Part shown: positions 49,907-57,313 of the stretch, one piece after another | How the letters are laid out: each line of letters begins with the position of its first letter | Position numbering within the stretch: position 1 is the stretch's first letter | Assembly: GCA_018675335.1 (NCBI GenBank) | Contig: JABGYH010000006.1 | Location: 17,464-81,463, forward strand | Reading direction: 5' to 3' | DNA: 64,000 nt | From: Candidatus Woesearchaeota archaeon | Lineage (GTDB): Archaea; Nanobdellota; Nanobdellia; Woesearchaeales; UBA11576 | Program-made: the position numbers and the translations under genes | Notes under the pieces: model-generated | The model's database searches: none | What the model was told of the DNA's origin: nothing | What the model saw: the letters and a program-made list of their open reading frames with translations, nothing else

Positions 49907-51423
49907 TCTGAAACTCCTACCACCAATGCAGTTCCTTGATATGTCCCACTCATTGCTTGACTTGGCACAAATAATCTAAAACTCAATGGTATAAATTGAT
50001 TGAGCCCACACTCTAAAATTTTTGAAGAAACAACAAAAGAATCAAGCGTTCCATCAATACCTAAATTAAAATCATTTCCAAGCACGAATTCTAAATTTTT
50101 TGAAGAAATTTCAGTTATAATACTTCCATCACCATCCAAATCAGAATCAATATCAGAACCACCATCCGAACCACCATCTGATTCACTACCTGAATTAATT
50201 GTTAAATTAGTTCCAATCAAACCAACACTTAAATTAGTATTGCCTATATTTTGAATGGTGGGATTATTAGTTTCAAAATTTGAGTCTCCAAGTATTTCAA
50301 CATAGGTTCCAAGTATTGCTTGTTCAAATAATAAATAATTAACATCCAAACTTAATGCAGACAAAGATAATATTTCAATTGAATAATTAACATAATTAAC
50401 TGAATAATTATCTTCACAAAAAATGCTCAAATTATATGTTCCTTCCGACAAGTAATAGTCCAAATTAAATTCTCCGCCAGCAACAAATGAAGAAGAATTC
50501 AACTCTTCTAAAAAAATCAATTCAGAATAAATATTTAATTTCTCATTTTCAACAAAACACGAGTCCACATCCAAAAAACCATTCAAATCAGTAACGGTTA
50601 AATTCAAACCTATTACTTTTTCTCCCCCTGGATTAAGAAGTATTTCAGCATTTTCAATTAATTCTTCATAATCAAACAAAATTAAATTAGACAATATTGG
50701 TTCTGAATTTAATATTTCCAATTCAATTTCAATTTCAACACTAGAATTATATAATGAAGAATTTGAAGAATTTGAAGGAATTATGGGTTCAGTTAGATTA
50801 GTTGAGTTAGATTGATTAAAAAAGAAACTAGAGTTTAACAAATTCGGATAACTACCAAAAAAGTCTGCAGAATTATTATTTGAATCATTAAATAAACTAG
50901 TTCTTTGTAAACTAAATCCCTCCGAAACACCAATGGAAGAATTCCCCTCAAAAAGCCCTTCACCAATTTCAGTTTCAAGACCCCAACCAACAGAATCAAT
51001 AATTATCCCATCTAAAACTAGAGCAACCCCTGCATCAGAGTTAGAAAGAGTAAATGATTCTTCATAATTAGAAGTTGACCAGGAAATATTATCTTTATTT
51101 TCATCCCAGCCTAAATCAGTTAAAAGTAAAAATTGATTTGGCAACAATAACAAATCCACATCTGAATTATCAAATACTAAATCTTCATTTGAACTTTCTG
51201 TTTTAATAACATATCCTGACAAATTCACAACTTCGTTGGTTGGATTAAATAATTCTATTGCCTCGCCGCCAGTCTCTGAACTTATCGGGTTGTAGTATAC
51301 TTCACTAATAACAATGTAATCTAACGCGGCAAAGGCGATAGGGGTAAGAGAAGAGGCAATAAAGAAAAATAGAATTAGAGTAACAAATTTTTTTATTAGT
51401 TTGGTTAGCAACACATCAAACAT
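49903..51423 (-). CDS. Secreted lamin-tail-domain (LTD) protein with C-terminal pilin-like beta domain
   Basis: IVISEVYYNP..GEAIELFNPT...LSG, LSNS, IDSVGWG, SLQR LTD motifs; C-terminal IQNIGN...VP.....GTYQG; many N-glycosylation sequons. Confidence 0.75.
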   Translation of the reverse strand: MFDVLLTKLIKKFVTLILFFFIASSLTPIAFAALDYIVISEVYYNPISSETGGEAIELFNPTNEVVNLSGYVIKTESSNEDLVFDNSDVDLLLLPNQFLLLTDLGWDENKDNISWSTSNYEESFTLSNSDAGVALVLDGIIIDSVGWGLETEIGEGLFEGNSSIGVSEGFSLQRTSLFNDSNNNSADFFGSYPNLLNSSFFFNQSNSTNLTEPIIPSNSSNSSLYNSSVEIEIELEILNSEPILSNLILFDYEELIENAEILLNPGGEKVIGLNLTVTDLNGFLDVDSCFVENEKLNIYSELIFLEELNSSSFVAGGEFNLDYYLSEGTYNLSIFCEDNYSVNYVNYSIEILSLSALSLDVNYLLFEQAILGTYVEILGDSNFETNNPTIQNIGNTNLSVGLIGTNLTINSGSESDGGSDGGSDIDSDLDGDGSIITEISSKNLEFVLGNDFNLGIDGTLDSFVVSSKILECGLNQFIPLSFRLFVPSQAMSGTYQGTALVVGVSE

Positions 51424-51856
51424 TTTTTTCACCTCAAACAAATTTTAATTTTTTAATTTTCACTTATTAAATTTGTATTAACTCTTCCCCCGCGACAAAA
51501 AGAGACATATGTTTAGTAGTCATACGTCTTAAAATAGTTTCAGTAGAAAAATCCAGAAAAAATATTAAACAAACCGAAAAATATTCAAATAACAATTAGC
51601 TAAATCACCCCATCTAACTTAGTCTTTAAAAAAAATTCAATTTAATAATATAATTATAATACTAATCCTATAAATTTTCAAAAAATATCTAAAAAATATA
51701 ATGTCAAAAACTATGCATTTTATATATCACCTCTTTTTTCCACAGTGAGCTTCCAAAGAGAAAACAAAAATAAAAAAAATAAATTTAACCTGAATCTAGA
51801 CGAGAAAAAAATAATAAATCATCAAAAAGTCTAAGATTTCATGGAGGGCGAAGAAA

Positions 51857-52168
51857 ATGAATCCATTTACAAAATATATAGCATTACCTGCAGCAGCAAT
51901 TGCATTAGCCGCTACAGCTTATTTAACACAAGAAAGAACTGCAATGGCGCATGCACCAAAAAACCCAACTGCAACATATCAAGCAAAAGGTCCTGAATAT
52001 AAAAATTCACAAGAAATTAGTTTTGGACCAACCTTAGTAACTAGAACTGGCTTAATCCCCCTTCAAGAATCAATTCATTTTGAACCAACATTAGTAACTC
52101 GAAATGGATTAGTTGAAATTACAGAAGCAGAAGTTGCAAAAATCGAAGCGAGTAGTAGAGATATTTAA
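51857..52168 (+). CDS. Small exported hypothetical protein with a duplicated motif
   Basis: Hydrophobic N-terminus; QEISFGPTLVTRTGL / QESIHFEPTLVTRNGL repeat; SD GGAGG. Confidence 0.65.
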   Translation: MNPFTKYIALPAAAIALAATAYLTQERTAMAHAPKNPTATYQAKGPEYKNSQEISFGPTLVTRTGLIPLQESIHFEPTLVTRNGLVEITEAEVAKIEASSRDI

Positions 52169-52259
52169 ATTTTAAATTTATTTAATTTTTTAAAATATTA
52201 AATAATTTTTTATTTTTTTTAAATTTTTCTAAATTAACTAAACTCTAACAAAAAATAAA

Positions 52260-52406
52260 TGCCCCTGCCGGGAAAATCGACAAACAACCAATTCTAGTTA
52301 TTATATTTTCGAACCCGGGTTACAAGATGTTTACAAAATAAATCAAACAAACATTTAATTCATATTGCCGCAATCTCGCGTCCTATCCAGGCTAGACTAC
52401 AGGGGC
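52260..52406 (-). tRNA. tRNA-Arg(GCG) with two introns (37/38: 52329-52367; 59/60: 52274-52307)
   Basis: Spliced 74 nt: GCCCCTG TA GTCTAGCCTGGATAGGAC G CGAGA TTGCGGA TCTTG TAAC CCGGG TTCGAAT CCCGG CAGGGGC A; all stems pair; both introns fold as BHB-type hairpins; TTTAAATA at 52447-52440. Confidence 0.92.
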
Positions 52407-52608
52407 AATTTTATTAATTATCAAATCAAATAAATTAATTATTTAAAAACCTTCTCCCCTGCATTAAACAAATTAAAATAGCCAAAATCTAAAAAAAATA
52501 ACTCATTTAAGCAAAATATTCAAAATAATCACTAAAAAAGTAAAAAATTCTCCAATTAATCATATAACCCCCTAAACCATACCTCTAACTTGTTTGGAGG
52601 GCAAAAAA

Positions 52609-52863
52609 ATGGCAAAAAACCTAGAAAAAAAAGTAGAAGAAACTGTCACCTCAAGAGGAAGCACACGTTATCCAGATGATGACCGAAGAGTTCCAGATGC
52701 AGAACCATTTGAAGCAATAACATACACAGGACCTAGTTATCCTGACGACGATAGAAGAACGCCCAACAGAACTGTGTTTAAACAAGGAGCACATATTTAC
52801 TCAGAGGGAAATTGGTATAGCTCAGGAGAAGAATACTGCGGACCTAAATACCCCGATGACTAA
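52609..52863 (+). CDS. Small protein with three YPDD(DRR) repeats
   Basis: STRYPDDDRR, GPSYPDDDRR, GPKYPDD-stop; SD GGAGG before ATG 52609. Confidence 0.7.
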   Translation: MAKNLEKKVEETVTSRGSTRYPDDDRRVPDAEPFEAITYTGPSYPDDDRRTPNRTVFKQGAHIYSEGNWYSSGEEYCGPKYPDD

Positions 52864-52926
52864 CAAAATATAACAACTACAAATAAAGAACCAGGCATAA
52901 AGAAAACAATACTAAAAAATTATTTT

Positions 52927-53574
52927 TTATTTCTTTATAGCAATAGTACTAGGACTTCTTCTACCAACGCAAGGACCATCAATTACTTCAAAACCAACAG
53001 TTTTTAATCCTTTGCGAACAGCACTAGCGCAACTATAAGTCATTAATCGTCCGCCTTTTTTTAATACGCGATACACTTGAGAAAAAACTTCTTCAGTCCA
53101 AAGTTCGGGACATTTTTTTGGCGAAAACGGATCAAAATATACTAAATCAAAACTATTTTTTTCTAAATCAATAATACTTTTACAAGCATCATCAACAATT
53201 AATTTTATTTTGCAATTTTCAAATGTAACAACTCGTTCTCGATCAGAAAGAGTTACCAATTTTTTAAAAAATGAATAGCACTTAAAATTACTTTCAACAT
53301 TTAAAATTTCATTTAAAATTTTTTCATCATTTTCAAGTCCAACAATCTCAATTTTTGCACCTTTAAAATAATCTATTGCACATGCAGAATTATAACCTAA
53401 ACCAAAACAAAAGTCAAGAATTTTAACTTCAGAAAATCCCTCAAGTTTTGATGGTTCAACAAACTTTTTTAACGCTTCTTCTTCTGCACCAGTATTACTA
53501 TGATATGTTTCATCATACTCAGAATTATGAAAAGTTATTGACCCATCATTTGTTTTTATTTTTTTAAGATCCAT
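52927..53574 (-). CDS. MnmC methyltransferase-domain (MnmD-like) tRNA U34 methyltransferase
   Basis: T.DGSIT..N..YDETYHS..GA, FGLGYN, YFDPFSPKKCPELWT, TYS.A..VR. Confidence 0.85.
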   Translation of the reverse strand: MDLKKIKTNDGSITFHNSEYDETYHSNTGAEEEALKKFVEPSKLEGFSEVKILDFCFGLGYNSACAIDYFKGAKIEIVGLENDEKILNEILNVESNFKCYSFFKKLVTLSDRERVVTFENCKIKLIVDDACKSIIDLEKNSFDLVYFDPFSPKKCPELWTEEVFSQVYRVLKKGGRLMTYSCASAVRKGLKTVGFEVIDGPCVGRRSPSTIAIKK

Positions 53575-53601
53575 TTTATAATCAAATATATTCAAACTAT
53601 T

Positions 53602-54543
53602 CTATTCTTTTCTAATTTTTGCAATAAAAAATCCTTCAGTATCATTATCTTGAGGCCATATTCTTAAACATTTTTTAACTTCATCACTGTAAACTGCACC
53701 TTCAAATTCAACAATTGCAGGAGATCGATTAATATCTAACTCAATTTCTTCAACGCGAGCATTGTCAAACTTTTTAAGTAAAAAATCTACGACCTCCTCA
53801 TTTTCTTCAGGTTCAAGCGTACACGTACTATAAACTAAAACTCCTCCTGGTTTTAAAATATTAAAACCATGTTCCATTAACTCTTTTTGAATTTTTGATA
53901 TTTTTTGTATTGTTTTAGGATTCCAGGTAATAACAGGTGACGCACTTTTTCTAATTGTGCCTGATGCAGAACAAGGTGCATCAATTAAAACTTTATCAAA
54001 TTCTAAATTAGGAATTTTTTGTCCTTTCATATTTGTTATTGAATAATTTGTAAGCCCACATCTTTGAACATTAAGTCCTAACGCCATAATTCTTTGCCAA
54101 GTTAATTCATTTGCAACTATGAATCCTTTATTTCTCATCTGACATCCTATTTGGGTAGTTTTTGATCCTGGTGCAGCACACATATCAAGTACTAACTCGC
54201 CTGGTTTTGGATCAAGTACTACAGGAGGAATCATCGACGCTGCTTCTTGAATATAAACATAACCTAAAGTGTGTTCGAGTAAATTTCCCAAATCAGTTCT
54301 TTCCCCATAAACCCAAAAACCCTCTTTACAAAAGGGAATTGGTTCTAATTTAAAATTTTTTTCAAGTCTCTCTTTAATTTCAGCAACTGATTTTTTTAGA
54401 GTATTAACTCTTAATGACTTTCGCAAATATGAACAACTATATTTTTTAAAAACTTCTATATCAGTTAATTTAGAATACCGTTCTATCATTTTTGGTTTCC
54501 ATTCAAGTTTTGCAATGTTTGGATTTTCTACTAATTCTACCAT
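53602..54543 (-). CDS. NOL1/NOP2/Sun family RNA m5C methyltransferase
   Basis: QEAASM, LDMCAAPGSKT, DAPCS, YSTCT..PEENE. Confidence 0.94.
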   Translation of the reverse strand: MVELVENPNIAKLEWKPKMIERYSKLTDIEVFKKYSCSYLRKSLRVNTLKKSVAEIKERLEKNFKLEPIPFCKEGFWVYGERTDLGNLLEHTLGYVYIQEAASMIPPVVLDPKPGELVLDMCAAPGSKTTQIGCQMRNKGFIVANELTWQRIMALGLNVQRCGLTNYSITNMKGQKIPNLEFDKVLIDAPCSASGTIRKSASPVITWNPKTIQKISKIQKELMEHGFNILKPGGVLVYSTCTLEPEENEEVVDFLLKKFDNARVEEIELDINRSPAIVEFEGAVYSDEVKKCLRIWPQDNDTEGFFIAKIRKE

Positions 54544-54549
54544 TTTTAT

Positions 54550-55443
54550 TTACTCTACATTTAATTTAATCATTTTACGAGTCAAAAAATAAAAAAGTTC
54601 ATTTTCATATTCTCGAGCAACGTATTCGAATCCTAGTCGATTAAACATTCTTTGAAAGCCTCCCCTTCGTTTAACTTTCATATTTTGATTTTTTAGCGTT
54701 TTTGTTGAAAAACTTATTACTAATTTAGCACAATTCAAATTATTAATTATTTGCTCTGCTTGTTTTTTATCAATTAAATCAAATGTTTTCCAGATTAGTA
54801 CCAAATCATACTTTTGTTTAAATAATTTATGACTCACAGAATCAAAATCAGATATGTCTAAAACATGAGCCTGACCTTTAAATTTTTTATTCTTTGAAGA
54901 AAATACATCAAAAAAATCATTTAAATTTGAAACATCAGTTTTATTTAATTCACAAGCAGAATAATCTAAACTTTTAACTCCACAATCAAAATAAAAAATA
55001 GAAGATAATGGATTATATCCACTCGCAAGATCCAATAATTTAATATCAGATTTAGAAACAAAATCAACTAACTCAGAAATTAAAGAATCATAAAATTTAA
55101 TTCGTTCTTTTGTTGATAAATGTAATTTCATTAAATCTTTAACGGAGGAGTTAGTGAAATCAAAAGACAATAATTGTTCTGAAAAATTTGTCTTAAAAAA
55201 TGCAGGAACAAAAAACTGACCATAAATTCGATTTAAATCATTTCTAACCAACTTAACAATTTGTTTGAATAATTTAGATTTACTAATTTTATCAATATTT
55301 GCAGATTCGATAAACTGAATTAATTTTTTATCTGAATTAATTACTAACTTAACTTTTTCAAGGACAATAGAATCATCTAATTTTGATAATTGTTTTTTCT
55401 TTTTGATTTCAACTACAATTAAATTTAAAATTTCAAAGTTCAT
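54550..55443 (-). CDS. Rmt/ArmA (FmrO)-like 16S rRNA m7G methyltransferase
   Basis: H.STKER, LDLASGYNPL, D......K...L, ISFSTKTL....M, ENEL motifs matching the family pattern HxSTxER / DLACGLNPL / VSFPTKSL. Confidence 0.7.
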   Translation of the reverse strand: MNFEILNLIVVEIKKKKQLSKLDDSIVLEKVKLVINSDKKLIQFIESANIDKISKSKLFKQIVKLVRNDLNRIYGQFFVPAFFKTNFSEQLLSFDFTNSSVKDLMKLHLSTKERIKFYDSLISELVDFVSKSDIKLLDLASGYNPLSSIFYFDCGVKSLDYSACELNKTDVSNLNDFFDVFSSKNKKFKGQAHVLDISDFDSVSHKLFKQKYDLVLIWKTFDLIDKKQAEQIINNLNCAKLVISFSTKTLKNQNMKVKRRGGFQRMFNRLGFEYVAREYENELFYFLTRKMIKLNVE

Positions 55444-57165
55444 TTAAATCACAATTTTTTTAACCATATAAGGTCCTTCTTTTTTATATCCTATTTTTCG
55501 ATAGTATTCACGAACACCAATTCCCGAAATTACCACAAGTTTATGTCTGCCTTCTTTAAGTGCAATCTCTTCTGCTTTATTCATAAGCTTCTTGCCAAGA
55601 CCTTTATGTTGTGATTCTTTTTTAGTGGAATCACCAACTGCAACAGCAGATCCATAAACATGAAGTTCTCGAATGAGCGCAGAATCAAGAGTTATTTCTT
55701 TTCTCATACTTTTTTGAGGAATTCTTAATCTACAAAATCCAGAAATAACATCATGTGTTACATCTTCAATTGAAATAAAATATTCTTTACCACCGTTAGC
55801 TACATATTCTCTAACAACAAGTTGTAATTTATCAATTTGTTTTGCACGTCCAACTTCTCGGCAACGAATACACTTACATTTTATTTTTTTGTTCGCACAG
55901 TACTCATGAACATATTGTCTTAAATTAGATTTATCAACTCCTCCAACAGATCTGTTAGGAGGTATATCTCTTTGAACTCTCATAACTCGACAATACTCAG
56001 GAATGTATCGTTTAAATTCACCTATTAATTCAATTGCTTGATCAGTATTTATTGGTTTAAACTTTTTTTGTTTCATTAAATTTTCAAGTTTCGTACCTGG
56101 CATCACCATACAAGGATATATTTTTATCATATCAGGCTTAAAATCTTCTGAATCAAATAATTGTTTAAATCCATTTAAATCTTTTATACTGCTTGACCCT
56201 GGAAGTCCAATCATATAATGAAAATTTAATTTAAATCCTAAGTCACGTAATTCTTGTATTGATTTAATCGAATCAGAAACACTATGTCCCCTATTCATTT
56301 TTTCTAAGACATCATCATATACTGATTGTATCCCTATTTCAACTCTTGTTGCACCCAATTCTAACATTTGATTTCCATACTCTAATGTGCCATAATCAGG
56401 TCTAGTTTCAATAGTGAGTCCCACACACCTTATTTTTGTTTTTTCATTTCTTTTTTGTTCGGTTTTAAGTTCAACTGTTCGAGCCAATTGCAATTTATTA
56501 ATTTTAAAATGAATTTTCTTTAATCGATCAGAAGACCCTACATCTCCTGGAAGTTCAAAAAACTCTTTAAATTTTTCAAGTTTTAATTCTCCCCCTCTAA
56601 AAAACATACTTGAAAAATCATTCATTGCTTGAAAGCAGGAAGTAATAAATTCTTTTTGATATTTTTTTGAAACAGATATAAATGTTCCACCCATCACAAT
56701 TAGTTCAACTTTGTCAGGAACATGTCCTTGAACAATATATTGTTCTAATCGATTAAATACTTGAATGTATGAATTAAATCCACCACGAACTCCCCTCATC
56801 GTTGCAGGTTCATGCCCAGTATAACTTTGAGGAACATCTCCAAAAATTGAGTCTACACCTCCCGGACAAATAGAACACTTCCCATGGGGACATTTATGCG
56901 GTTTAGACATCACTGCAACCACTGCAACTCCGCTTATTGTTCTTGTAGGTTTTGATTGAATAAATTTTTTTATTTTATTTAATTTAGAACGAGGAGTGTT
57001 AAGTATAACTTCAATATCAGTAGGTATTTTTTTCTTTTTATATTTTTGACAAAGTTTTATTTTTAATTTAGCGATTTTATCTTTAGATAAGCTTCCTTTT
57101 CCTATTTCTTCCACTAATTCTGCATAATACTGTAAGTCTTTATCCATACGTCTTAAAAACGCCAT
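55444..57165 (-). CDS. elp3: Elp3 tRNA uridine(34) acetyltransferase (radical SAM + GNAT)
   Basis: RTISGVAVVAVM..P..CPHG.C..CPGG, ETRPD, RVQRDIP, RELHVYG, QHKGLG, GVREYY; true start may be ATG 57147. Confidence 0.95.
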   Translation of the reverse strand: MAFLRRMDKDLQYYAELVEEIGKGSLSKDKIAKLKIKLCQKYKKKKIPTDIEVILNTPRSKLNKIKKFIQSKPTRTISGVAVVAVMSKPHKCPHGKCSICPGGVDSIFGDVPQSYTGHEPATMRGVRGGFNSYIQVFNRLEQYIVQGHVPDKVELIVMGGTFISVSKKYQKEFITSCFQAMNDFSSMFFRGGELKLEKFKEFFELPGDVGSSDRLKKIHFKINKLQLARTVELKTEQKRNEKTKIRCVGLTIETRPDYGTLEYGNQMLELGATRVEIGIQSVYDDVLEKMNRGHSVSDSIKSIQELRDLGFKLNFHYMIGLPGSSSIKDLNGFKQLFDSEDFKPDMIKIYPCMVMPGTKLENLMKQKKFKPINTDQAIELIGEFKRYIPEYCRVMRVQRDIPPNRSVGGVDKSNLRQYVHEYCANKKIKCKCIRCREVGRAKQIDKLQLVVREYVANGGKEYFISIEDVTHDVISGFCRLRIPQKSMRKEITLDSALIRELHVYGSAVAVGDSTKKESQHKGLGKKLMNKAEEIALKEGRHKLVVISGIGVREYYRKIGYKKEGPYMVKKIVI

Positions 57166-57313
57166 CTAATTTATAAGCTTTTCTTGCTTAAAAAGTCAAT
57201 AATACTACAAAAATATAAGAGAAAAAAACATAAAAAAAAATTAATATGTATTACTCACCACATATAACTCACAATATAACACGCATAATATACTGCACAC
57301 CACACTCAATAAA

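Noticed and set aside
51713-51733. SD-like GAGGTGATATATA on minus strand (similar GGTGATATATA near 18612-18624)
   Set aside because: Followed only by a 4-codon ORF here and by no start codon at the other site; two copies are too few to call a motif.
51450-52920. Integrated element at tRNA-Arg
   Set aside because: No integrase and no duplicated tRNA 3' end (att site) seen in the window.
57240-57310. Degenerate CA/TA-rich repeats between elp3 and the P-type ATPase
   Set aside because: No consistent unit; explained by the general C/A skew of intergenic DNA.
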